Origin: Epiperipatus broadwayi
Lineage: Eukaryota; Animalia; Onychophora
DNA: 64,000 nt
NCBI GenBank assembly: GCA_028023455.1
Contig: JAQFVV010000001.1
Coordinates: 16,244,001-16,308,000 of the forward strand
Direction of reading: 5' to 3'
This document shows, piece after piece, positions 50,700 to 62,968 of the stretch (positions are counted from its first letter, which is position 1; every line of letters starts with the position of its first letter). Below the pieces are notes generated by a model. It searched no databases. It saw nothing but the letters and a program-made list of their open reading frames with translations, and was not told the DNA's origin. Position numbers and translations under genes: made by a program.

Positions 50700-52500
50700 A
50701 GTCAAATAAATAGTTAATACTGGTAGCAGCAAGCAAACATGGCTGTATTGAATCTAATGATGATACTGTTGGTGTCTAGGAAGATCATATATAGCTGGTT
50801 TTATTGTTGGATGTGGAAAATTAAATTTGTTTGAAATTTTATAAGAGTTCCATTTTTAGTGTATAATTTGGTTGAACATTCAAAAAGATTTTCTTGATTT
50901 GAGATAAGTCTTAGGTAATGAAATTATATCTTGGGTTATTAGAAATGTCCTTAACATATTTTTGTATATATTTTTGTGAATCAGCTTCTCTTTTGATATC
51001 TGGCAGAGAAATATGTTAAAAAACTGTAAGTCAGTGTAAAGAAGTAACTATAATACTTCTTATAGTAATATTTAATTGAGCATCCCCAAGTTTATTGTGG
51101 AAACTTTTTCTTCAAACTGCATCACAGTATTTACCAATAGAATGTACTAGTGCATTGGAAGTTGATCAGTAAGTACTTGAATTGCAACCCAAACAGTGCC
51201 AGCCAGTTTTCCAAGGGGTTATTGGCTAGAAATTAATTTTGAAATAACTTTACATAAATAAGTAAAATAAGTTTGTGTATAGTTCAAGGTCATTTCTAAA
51301 TACCATAGACTGGTATTATGTTTCAGTTTATTATTTCAAAAAATTATATTCAGATTATAAGATGTTTACCTAGTTAATATGAAAATATTGAACATAGTGT
51401 TTCATGAGATTGAAAATAAGATCTTTGACAAAGAGTTCCAATTGTTTTGTATCAAATTGAAAGTCTTTTCTATTTCAGATAAGAATCATTATCATAGATA
51501 ATTTTTTTGCATTCTGTTTCTGAAAGATCCCTGGTAAATATATTAAATAAGAGAAGTGAACTCCGTGGTAAACTATTCTATAAAATTTTGTTTGTCACTG
51601 CATTTTTCCCTATTGGAGAGCATTTTGTTAAATTGTTTTTCTGCTTTAAAAATTTTAAAAACTTTTAGAAAGTCATTTTTTTGAAACAGAATCATAAACT
51701 GAAGTTAAATCAGCAAAGACAGTACCAGTTTTTAGTATATTTTGAAAGTTTATTTCAATATGATTTGTTAAAAATAAAAATTGTTCATAGCAGCTTTTTT
51801 TCTGACTTAAATGCAGCCTACTTTATAGGTGGCTGGCTCTCAACTATTAGCACAATTTTTGTTAATATGATTCTTTCAAAAATATTTTTTTTTATCAGTT
51901 CTAGATTTATTTTGTTTTAAGATTGCTATAGTTTCACTTTTATAACAAATTTTTGGAATAATATCTGAGCAAATAATATGACTGAATAGTTGTTGCTAAC
52001 CATGCTATGTCCTAAATTTTAAAAAATCTAGAAATATATTAACTGTGCCTGCCAACCTTTTCTGGTTTAAGACAATAAAGAGTGAGTTTAAGTTTATCAA
52101 TATCTATAGGATTAGTCAGATTGATATTGGATGAACATTATTATATTATCAAACATGTTATAAATGGAAATTTTAATTTGCTTTTGGAATGGATGTAAAA
52201 AAAACCCAAAGATAATTTAAAATTAATGTAAAACAAAATCATTTTCAAAACATGAGAAATATGCAATTAAATATAAGTCATAGGAATATATAGTATTAAA
52301 TTACAGAGGCAATTTTAGCAGGACATATTGAAGATTACCCAGGCTAATAAGTATCAGTTTAATTTATCCATTGATCTTATTTTTTATATAAAGAAATTTA
52401 AACTGAAATTCCAGCAACTCTGACATCCAGCCATACATACTTGCAAATACCAATAACTATTTCTTAACGGTTTCTAATTTGGCTTTGAATGCAATCTATA
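50700..52500 (-). mobile_element. Ingi/Vingi-like (I-group) LINE RT remnant
   Basis: Minus strand gives AAFKSEKSCYEQFLFLTNHIE...KTGTVFADLTSVYDSV (about 51690-51830), LLFNIFTRDL...IIYDND (about 51484-51560), KLAGTVWVA and DAQLNITIRSII. Boundaries are approximate. Confidence 0.7.
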
Positions 52501-54080
52501 ACAAAAAGCAGAATGAAATTTTTCAACTTTTTCAGAAATTATTCAACTTAAACTGCAAATAAGCTAAAGAATAAATATGTGAAGATAGCTTTATAATTAA
52601 TTAGACTTCTCAAACAAACAACTCCACCATCCAATATATTAATATCAATATATATGTATATGTATGGTAGATTGACATATATGTATAAATTAATTGCACC
52701 CAGTTGTCATTCATATCTACAAATACAAGTAAATATATCATAGGTAAAGTTATGTAAAGCTAAAAAATGAATCGGCTCATTTATAAAAATGTTATTTCAT
52801 AGTAATTTATCATGATTTGCTTAGTAATCTTTATAAGATTAGAGATGGGATTGGAAAATGGATTGATGTATTTTCTAGATCTCTATAAAGCGATTTAGAC
52901 GGCTGGGTGTATTGTTCTTATATATATTTGACTGTTTAGCAATTAGCATTTTCACTTTATATATGTATTTACATTAATATATTGTGTGGCTGATAATTTG
53001 CTTGATAGGCTTTAAATTAATTATTAATCTATATTCACTCATTTATTCTTTCATTGATTTGTAGTTAAGTTGATTAATTTTTTTAGCTAGTTAAAATTTT
53101 TTATATTGTTATATATTCTGGTTAGAATTGGAATTGGGAAATGCAATAATCCATTTTCCAGCTTTATATAATATAGGTTTGACTGTTATTGGTACTTATA
53201 GGCATGTGTGGATTGGAATATTGAAATTTTTATATATGAATAGAGACATTATATTTGAAATATTATTAGAATCTTTATTTAGTAGTCATTTGCTTCCTCA
53301 AAAAGAATAGTAATTATAAGCTTTTGTCATAAGCATAATATCTAGAAATAGTTTTTATTTTATTTAGTTTTAAAACTTCTTAGCTTGATATGAGTCATAA
53401 TCCAATTATGAATTATAAAATAAATTACTTCCCGTAAAATATAAATAAAAAATATTAACCTAAAAATGAAATTAAAAAAGAGAAGTTATAAATAAATATA
53501 ATAAAAATATGCTAAACGTTTTCGAGGATCCATGCCTCATAATCATAGCTTTCATAAAAATACATAATAAAATATATACAAAGATATATAAAATTAGCAC
53601 GTGTTACGTGGACCATTTCTTCGATATATCAAAGCAAGTGTCTTTTCTATTTATAGCATTAATATTTCCATTAATATAGAATGCTTCTTTTATTTTCCTC
53701 TTATGATCATTTGATTCAGTGCATAAAATTACAGGATTGGAAGGAATAAAATTGTGTCCAGATTTCATGGAATGCTCTAAAAATACAGAAGATATATTGT
53801 TGTTCTTCTGAGCTCTCTTGTAAGTGTACATATGTTGAGCAAGCCTAGTATTAACAGTAGCTTTAGTTTCACCATAATATACAGCAAGACATTTTTCTTG
53901 AGGACATGAAATGGAATAAACTACATGTGGGGTGAATGAACAATCAATATGATCTTTTGAGTTGTTGATCAATCTATTAGAATTAGGAGGAGTTCTAAAT
54001 CCAATTTTAAACTTATTGAATAATGCTTTAGTTAATTTGTTAGATATTTTGGAAATGTAAGGAATAGTAATTCTAGGAAG

Positions 54081-55001
54081 TTGAACACATGGTACAACAC
54101 TATTTATTTTATTATGGAATTTAGAAATATAATTTTTAATAGACCAAAGTTTAAAACCTGCTTTCATCAAATCTTTAATAAAATTTTTTTATCACTTAGC
54201 ATTGTATATGAGAATAATATTAAAGAAATCAAATATCTTGACCTTTCATTATCAAGAAATAATAATTGTATAGATTACAAGATGATAATTAAGTCTTTTG
54301 AAATTAGAAGCTGTATTCACCCTAAATCTAACTCACCTGCATCACATAAATTTGCTGGTTTAAATTCTTTCTTATTTAGAAATTTGCATCTTTGTAAATA
54401 TGAAGCAGACAGAAAAGAAAATCTGAATAATTTTATTAAAGATTTGATGAAAGCAGGTTTTAAACTTTGGTCTATTAAAAATTATATTTCTAAATTCCAT
54501 AATAAAATAAATAGTGTTGTACCATGTGTTCAACTTCCTAGAATTACTATTCCTTACATTTCCAAAATATCTAACAAATCAACTAAAGCATTATTCAATA
54601 AGTTTAAAATTGGATTTAGAACTCCTCCTAATTCTAATAGATTGATCAACAACTCAAAAGATCATATTGATCGTTCATTCACCCCACATGTAGTTTATTC
54701 CATTTCATGTCCTCAAGAAAAATGTCTTGCTGTATATTATGGTGAAACTAAAGCTACTGTTAATACTAGGCTTGCTCAACACATGTACACTTACAAGAGA
54801 GCTCAGAAGAACAACAATATATCTTCTGTATTTTTGGAGCATTCCATGAAATCTGGACACAATTTTATTCCTTCCAATCCTGTAATTTTATGCACTGAAT
54901 CAAATGATCATAAGAGGAAAATAAAAGAAGCATTCTATATTAATGGAAATATTAATGCTATAAATAGAAAAGACACTTGCTTTGATATATCGAAGAAATA
55001 G
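54081..55001 (+). CDS. Open 306-aa PLE ORF fragment (RT C-terminus plus GIY-YIG endonuclease); first about 35 codons are antisense sequence from the inverted arm
   Basis: From the ORF track. The GIY-YIG and CCHH-type Cys/His residues typical of PLEs are present. The mirror copy is the minus-strand ORF at 53604-54170. Confidence 0.8.
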   Translation: MNTWYNTIYFIMEFRNIIFNRPKFKTCFHQIFNKIFLSLSIVYENNIKEIKYLDLSLSRNNNCIDYKMIIKSFEIRSCIHPKSNSPASHKFAGLNSFLFRNLHLCKYEADRKENLNNFIKDLMKAGFKLWSIKNYISKFHNKINSVVPCVQLPRITIPYISKISNKSTKALFNKFKIGFRTPPNSNRLINNSKDHIDRSFTPHVVYSISCPQEKCLAVYYGETKATVNTRLAQHMYTYKRAQKNNNISSVFLEHSMKSGHNFIPSNPVILCTESNDHKRKIKEAFYINGNINAINRKDTCFDISKK

Positions 55002-55064
55002 TCCACGTAACACGTGCTAATTTTATATATCTTTGTATATATTTTATTATGTATTTTTATGAAA

Positions 55065-55103
55065 GCTATGATTATGAGGCATGGATCCTCGAAAACGTTT
55101 AGC
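55065..55103 (+). ncRNA. Candidate variant minimal hammerhead ribozyme; mirror copy at 53511-53549 (-)
   Basis: GCT ATGATTA T GAGG catggat CCTC GAAA ACGT T T AGC. Stem I is GCT/AGC, stem II is GAGG/CCTC, and stem III is the palindrome AACGTT. It sits in the PLE 3' tail, where such ribozymes are known to occur. Confidence 0.55.
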
Positions 55104-55299
55104 ATATTTTTATTATATTTATTTATAACTTCTCTTTTTTAACTTCATTTTTAAGTTAATATTTTTTAATTATGAATTATATATTTGTAAATGCTTTATT
55201 AGTGACATGTTAAACATATATTCAATCATAGATATTAAAATTTGTTGATAATTAAATTAAATTAGATACAGTTAATTAAATAAAAATACATTTGGTACT

Positions 55300-57000
55300 T
55301 TTAAGAGATATGAAAATTTTTTTTTTCATTTTATCCAAGAAAGAATCAGAAAATTGCTAATAAATCTGTTGTCTTTTTGATATGGTTATTTACTTAATTT
55401 TGATAGCAATATGGTTAAATTAATTTATAATACTTGAATATTGTTTTTTTAAAAACAAATTTAGCAATTCTTTAATGTTATTTCAGCTAATGGCAGAATA
55501 ATTTTTAAAAATCCTACAATATTTATGCTATTTACCAATATTCCAATAATGTCTAGAGAAATTAAATGAAATAGATATCTGGAATCTATTTTCACTGTGA
55601 TAATATAAATAAAAATCCTTTTTAAAAAACTTTCAGATGTCATTACTAGTATTGCAAAATATGATCCAAAGATAAAAAAAAATTCTGTATAACATCATAG
55701 GTTTTCGTTAAGCTTTGGAATCTTTACTATATATTATTAATATATCAGTTTAATCTTTAATTCCATGTTTGGTATATTTAACAGAATTTACAAATAAAAG
55801 AAGCATTTAAATTGTCTCAGTCCTTGGCAGTGATAACAATGTAATAACCAATTAATAGTAAAATTATTTATTGCGAATAATGAAAAGAAGCAGCAAAGAC
55901 ACGAAAATTAACTCTTAATTTTTATTAGCATTTTGAAAAACAATAAAGAAACGGAAAATGATTTGTCAAGATGGATATAAATAAATGATTTAAAATTTTC
56001 GAATAAGAATGAAGGCTAAATAGAAGGATATTACCATAAATGATAATTAGAAGCCAAACAATCTCACAAAATAAAATGTAATAAAAAAGCATCAGTAAAA
56101 ACATTGAGAAATCAGACGGAATAAATTTAAAAATGATTGATTAATAAAAATAATAAACAATAAGAAGTGATATTTTCAATTAATTCCAATATATTTCTAT
56201 TTTTAAATGATTCCTTGGTTTATTGTATTTGCATTTCTTATTTTTCAATGTTTTATTACTGTTTTATATTTGTAAACTTTTCTAGCTTGAATAAAAATTG
56301 AATAAATATTTTGTTTTATGTGCAAAATTTTGTAAGTGATTGCTAGCAGTTTTAAGTTCTTGATATTTTGAAATTGTATTTTTTATTGAAGTTTTCTTGT
56401 GATAATTTAAACTTATCATCTTTCTGATTTGGTTATTTACTTAATATTGATAGAAGTATTGATAAATTAATTTATAATACTTAAATAATGTCTATTTTAG
56501 CAACAATCCAATATTTACTTTAGCTATTAATAAGTATTTAATAGTTTTTTTTCTTTTTTTATGACCAAAAATCATATAAAACAGCTCTCGAGCATTACTA
56601 ATGTTCAAAACATTTGTTCAATATAATTTACTTAATGAAATATTTTCTAAAGTAACTTTCTGTAATTGTTTTTAGAACTTTAGATAAAATTTACTTCATC
56701 TTTCTGTAAACATATGTATAATTTCAATCTTAATTTTCAAAATAATGCTATCTGTATGAATTATGTATTAATGAGCTGTGTTATTAATTCATTGGACAGT
56801 TTAGTAATTTGTTTTTAAATGCTTTTATTGAAGTTGAAAAATCAGTTTGTTTGTTAAGTGTTGATCTTTTTCAAGTTAGGATGAATTTTTAAAATCGAAG
56901 TTTAATATATTTAAATTCAATAGAATTGCTTGAAATTGATATATAACTAAGTTATAACAACCCAATCCATTTGAAACACTTACCTTTTTAGTATGTCATC
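55300..57000 (-). mobile_element. Probable ancient PLE RT remnants
   Basis: LISLDIIGILVNS resembles the PLE RT motif SxDxxSLxTN. A diverged direct repeat of about 90 bp sits at about 55375-55460 and 56425-56510. Very decayed. Confidence 0.35.
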
Positions 57001-60000
57001 TAGTTTGCTAGATATGGAAGAGAAGGCAAAAAATTATTAAAAATATTCAATAACTTCACACATTACAGTTAACAATTATTCTTTGATCTTTGATTTGTTT
57101 TAAATAATAATCGCAAGAGGACAGTTAAATTTTTTTTCTTTCAATTTAATATTTTTTTAAACATTGTAAACTCTTAATGTGTAACATATATATATAATAA
57201 ATCAGTAACTAAGTTTTTTTACTTTAAATTGATAGTTTGTATTTTTTGTTTATAACAATTGTTTAAAAAAACAACTAAACTATAAACTTGCATTGTTTAA
57301 AACTATTGTGAAAAGTTAAAAAAGAAAATTCGCAAATCTACATTGCATCTAAACTCTAAGTATATTAATTACTTATATTTAAATATTATAATTTTAAATA
57401 GAAAACTTAGTTATTAATTTATTATACATATATAATTATGTACTCATACTAAATGTAATATATACATTATAATGGTTTAAGACTTTTTCATTATTGTTTG
57501 ACTACTTTAAACTAATGCTCTCTTTCAAATTATTAATGGTTTTATTATTACTGAGAACTATGATATAAATATTTATTAGTATTTTCCACCCAGTGTATCT
57601 ATGGACATCAGCTTACTCTGACTTCACATGCCAATCTTATGTGGGCATAAGAATTATGCTGGAAGGGATGAGAAGAGTAATCATAGCTTATTCATAAATA
57701 TCCTGCTATCGGCTAGCTCACTTAGGGGGAAGTGGTACTTAAACTGTGAGAAACATATATGGGAAGGCAGTAATAATCCAATCAACCAATTAAATAACTA
57801 CAACATGCATATATATTTATTCTTTAACTAACTACATAAGACATGAAATAATGAAAAGCGAATACTTAATTGTGCTCAAATATTTAATAAAACAATGGCA
57901 TGTACACATATATTTATACAGACAAGCAAACAAAGAAAATATCTAATGATATCAAAATACCAAATACTTTATACTAAAGGTAATACATTAAAGATCAGCC
58001 TTTCTAAGCTATTGTGCATGTACTTTTTACAAGTGTTAATAAGACATAGCGCTATAAAAATAAATGCTTATTTATACCAAAAGTGCAAAAGCTGATTTAA
58101 ATATAAACATATTTACGTCTTTAAATATTACTTCTGAAAATGCGCATTAATGTAGTTTATGAAAAAGAAAACATGTATTACCTCGAGTTCCCATGAGAAG
58201 GTAGCTTGCGTGGATTCCTAATAAGAGTGAGTTCATTTGGCACACTATGGCCATGGAAATGGTCCAGCAAGGATTCGTTGCCCTTATTTATTTCTTCAAT
58301 CTCCACTGGTTCAATCATGATTTTGGATATGGGTAGAGAAAGATCGAGGTGTTCAGTCACGGATTCCTTTTTTTTTACTTCAGGTGATGATTCGATCATG
58401 TAGCAACTTCTGCTTCTTCTTGGGATAAAAGCCCAGCACGTTTAGAGCTTTAACCCCATCTGTTCATCTTCAGCTGATGAATATCTATATATTTTATTTA
58501 AACAACAGTCTTCAGAAATCTCTGATGCAAAAAATCTCTATCACAAACAAATAACAGTTTTAAAACTCCAAATTCATAACTTCAAAATGTCTCCTGATTT
58601 TTCTCTATTTATATCTTTTTTGCTTTTCTCTCAGTTATAATCTTAAAAATATTAGGTATTTTCGATATTCTATCATGTAGTATCCGAGGTCCGGCTTCTT
58701 TTGTGTTATTTACTTCTCTTAAACCTTATAGCACCTTTGGAAAATAACTTAAAGCAATATCTCCAGTAAAAGCATCCCTGAGATAACCATCTATTTAGTT
58801 CCTCTCTACTTTTTATTTTTTTTTTCATTTACATATTTCTTCATTTTCTTATTTTTATTAAAAATACGACAAATTCAGAAATAAAAATAACACGTATATT
58901 ATCTGCTTTTCTAGAAGATTCTTTCTGTTCACATGCCTATACAATAATATGTACATACACATTTCGTTAATATAAATAAGCACAACCTCCCCCCTCCCTT
59001 TTACACCTGTTTTAACTCTTTGTTTAATTATTTCAGGAAAAACACATCAAATATATATTTACATATACATAATAATAATATATACGCATGACTACAAAAT
59101 CCCTTACTTTGGAACAGGGTTTAATCCCAGCCCTTGTTACAACATTAAGAGTATATATATATTAACTTACTGCAGAAATATCTAATGATTTATATACACT
59201 ATGTTGATATTGATTTAAAATAAAATTATATTGAGTTCTTTTACAATATATACACATGTATTATGTACACATACTAAATATGATATATTCATAAGGGGTA
59301 TATTTTTTAACTTACAGCAGAAATATGTAGTGATATATCGATTATGAGTGTCCAGTCAGTTTAAAGTACAATATACTTTTACATTTTCATTTACTGTCTC
59401 AATACTAAAAATTTAAAAATAATAGATAATTTTTTTATTATATATTAAATGCTTTTATTGACTGTGCACTAAAAAGAAATAAAATAATTATTTTTTCAAC
59501 CATAATTGGAATTTTTAGATTTAACTTGAAAAAGCATGAGGGGAGGGGGTCCAGAAATTAATTAATTATAGTATATATTGGAGTATTATTTATATATTTT
59601 AAAATACATTAGATAGGCCTATCTATGTATAAACATGTGCATTTATGTAAATAGAAGAGTATTGATTGGTAATAAATAGAATATTTTATATTCTTAGATG
59701 TGTATGTGGATGAATTATATGTATGTGATTATTTAATACTTTTTACAAATTATATATCTGGAAATTATAGATAATACTACCTGTGTAATTTATTTTATTG
59801 TTTTTAATCAAAATCAGAATAATGTATTTATATTTATAGCATATTTAACAGACTTTTAATTTGATTTTACTGTTATTGTTTTTAATTAATAAATTTATAT
59901 ATTATTGTTTTAAGTTATTCCAATAAATTTATTTCATACTAAAATAGTTTAAATATTGCATGTTGGTTGTTTTCTCTTGTTTACGATCACAGTCCCTAGT

Positions 60001-60750
60001 GTTCTTGCTTACTGAGCTAGATTAGAGCATAATGATTGGTTTATATATATTATGTGAGGGTGTATGTTGGTGTTTTGGATGTGCAGAAGATAATCCTAGG
60101 TGATGAAAAGATATATCCTTTAAACTCCATGCAGTACATTTTTTTATTAGAAATTATGTTTATAGTTTTCCAGTACATTAATGGTACTATATGACCAGAA
60201 TATTGATGATGATCAGCATGTTTCAGTATCTCACCATTATTTTTTTTGTTGCCCCAATAATGTACCTCTTTTATTCCTAGTGGTCCAATTACAAAGTAGA
60301 CTGTTAATCTTTGACTATTCTTTGTTGCTCATTCATGATGATGATGATTTGATTACTTTTGTTTAATGCTGGGTGAACTTATTGTTTTATTCTTTGCTGA
60401 TCTCTCATTTTCCATAGCTTTTATATTTATTTTATTTGTGATCAATGAGGATGATTTCTCATCTTCCCATATTCACCTCATGTTTACCCCTTTTTGTTTC
60501 ACATCATTACAATAAGTTTCATGTGGATAAATCTATTTGCTGAAATAAATGCATTTAAACAGGATTTAAACAAGATTCTACAAAATTGATATCTCATGTA
60601 GAAGGGATCCCATTCATGATCTTTTGATTATCAGCAGATGAAATAATCTACTATACACCAAAATCTGGGACTGCATTTCTATTAACAGCTAAAAAAGAAC
60701 AAAGATTTGATGTCATTATTACATATATATATATTAAAGAAAATACATAC

Positions 60751-62966
60751 TGTAACGAGACAGCGTTACATCAATATTAAATCCAGAAAGCATCAAGAAA
60801 TACACACACCAACAAGCAACCTAAAACACGCATAACCTCATTATCGTAATTTAGAATAGTTTCCTTCATCGTATAAAATATATGTATAAAATACCGCTGT
60901 AAAACACACCCATAAAAATGCAGATCGTAAACGTATAAAGTAAAGGATTAAAGCTGGTAAATAATAAATGGAGTTTATTCCTTAAATAATAAAGATAATT
61001 CACTTGCATAAATAATAAGTATAATTCGTAATCTTAAATAATAAATATGAGTCAATTTGATAAATAATAAATATATAATTGTTATCTTGAAATGATAAAT
61101 ATAATTCACGTTTAAATATAATTTGTTTCTTTAACATGATAAATATAATTTGCCATTAGAAATCAAAATTCGCTTTCTTAATTAAAATGTATAATTGTCC
61201 TTCAAAAACGCCATGGGAATTTAACAGGGGATTATTTTAGAAAATCATTTAAAATAAGAGTAATAGAAAAGATTTAATGAAATGATAAGTGCTCGACTTC
61301 TAATTTTAAAATAGTATGTATTGTTCTAATAAAAACACACACACACGCATGCATTAAAAATGTGAAAGAATAGGATTGATTGCGAAACGAGATTGCCTCA
61401 AAATAAAGATTGCCTGTAGCAAAAAAGAGAGTGAGTAATGCTAACGCGGACCTGAACGACAACTTGAGAAACAGGGAACTCTGGGGGTAGATTGGATCCC
61501 AAGATATGGACCAAACCTTTTAAATACACCTCAAAACCTATTAGAAGAAAAGGACAGAACAGGATTCTAGATGCTATTCTACATAGATATCTCTGTCTTA
61601 TTGATATAGTGATATTACTACGCGATCATTACTGTTGTTATTATCACCCGCTCATCATCCGACGCTTATGCCATTGGCGTCCCACTGAATTGGTCTGAAG
61701 TAACTCAACGAATTCCTCGGCATTAAAGATGACTATTCCGAAATTAATACCAAGAGCGTCGATCGTCATGAGGGGCTAATAAACCTCTCAGTGACTGATC
61801 GGCGCTCCGCTACCAAAATCTCCAGGACTATGCAACTCCGATAACATCGTGTTCGTGAATGTTCAGCTGATAATATGTTCCGTAAAATTCCACGTGTACC
61901 AGGATCAACCGATAATCGCGCACTCCAAGATAAAACCTAGGTAAATATGTTTATATTAAATCACTCACTCAATCTAGAACTCTTACAGGCAATCTCGTAA
62001 ATAACCTACCTAATTTGTACAAATCAAACTTGAACTTTCCTCGTCTGATAATTTATCGTATAACAGAACTTTATTCACATGAACTTTAAACTTAAATGAA
62101 AGTCAGGATAGAGAATTATTTAATCCATGAAATGAACTTTATTTCGCAATGCATACTTGTATTTATTAATTATGTTTCTCAGAGAGCGTGTTTATGTGTG
62201 TGTGTGACTAAAAAAGGTTAACTTAGCAAAATTAATATCTTAATAAACTTGTTCATTATATAATCAATTCGAGCATTTATCAAATCATTTCACACGATTC
62301 AAATTCTTAATTTATACTTGTTATCATAGTTATTGTTTAAATTATTAGATAGATTCGTCATTTAGATTAATATTTGTGTTATATTGTTTTATGTATCAAC
62401 ATCGCGCCGTGAGTCACGATGTTTTCTTTAGTACGTAATCTAGTTAAGATAGTCTTAAGAGAGGGCGGGTCTATGAAAATAAATGTCAATAACTTATGTT
62501 GTAAGCAATAAAGCGGGGGGATGATTTATAAGCCTTGTGTTCGTTTACGCCCGAACAGATTGATAGGTCAGCGGTGACCAATAAACGGCCTTCCTGCCGT
62601 GATAGACTTAGTAAAGAAACATGCTGATTTTAATTAGCGGTCAATGCGTCTTCTCCGGGAGGAGTCTTGTTAGGGACAATCGTGTAGCGACCCTGAGTCA
62701 TCGGATTGGTCCATGCTGAGAGTATCGAGTTAGCGGGCGGGGTTTGACTTCGGAATCGTTTTGACATAATGTAAGGTGATGCGAGTAGTTAAAACACTTA
62801 AATAATCGTATCTGGCGCCCTCTTATGTGGATTATAAACAACTGTCGATGTAAGAAAAAAAATAAAGCCTTACGCTGTGTCATGTTAGTTTCGAAGCCGT
62901 AATCTCTTGGTAACCGTAGATATCTCACGAGCAGAAAGAAAGAAATAGAGGGGGGGTTACGTTACA
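60751..62966 (+). mobile_element. Putative 2.2-kb 5' LTR of a young Ty3/Gypsy element D
   Basis: Starts TGTAACG (60751) and ends CGTTACA (62966), a 7-bp terminal inverted repeat. CpG content rises abruptly at 60751. AATAAA at 62861. A PBS follows after 2 nt. The partner LTR is outside the window, so the left boundary is inferred. Confidence 0.65.
60958..61150. repeat. About 26-bp period AT-rich tandem repeat inside the putative LTR
   Basis: TAAATAATAAA or a close variant recurs at 60958, 60983, 61009, 61035, 61061 and 61088, then decays. Confidence 0.75.
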
Positions 62967-62968
62967 TT

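Larger units (their letters stand above)
53418..55167 (+). mobile_element. Young 5'-truncated Penelope-like element (lineage 1) with an inverted 740-bp duplication
   Basis: Arms 53446-54185 and 54429-55168 are reverse complements, with a 243-bp spacer. Flanking direct repeat AATTATGAATTATA at 53404-53417 and 55168-55181. It encodes the RT thumb (YLDLSL...IHPKSNSPASHK) and GIY-YIG endonuclease (VVYSISCPQEKCLAVYYGETK...RLAQH...KRKIKEAFYI). Confidence 0.95.

Noticed and set aside
58000-60700. Stop-codon reassignment, suggested by coding-like frames with scattered stops
   Set aside because: The 405-codon SLC16 exon has no in-frame stops and the gene ends in TAA. C-to-T decay explains the interrupted frames.
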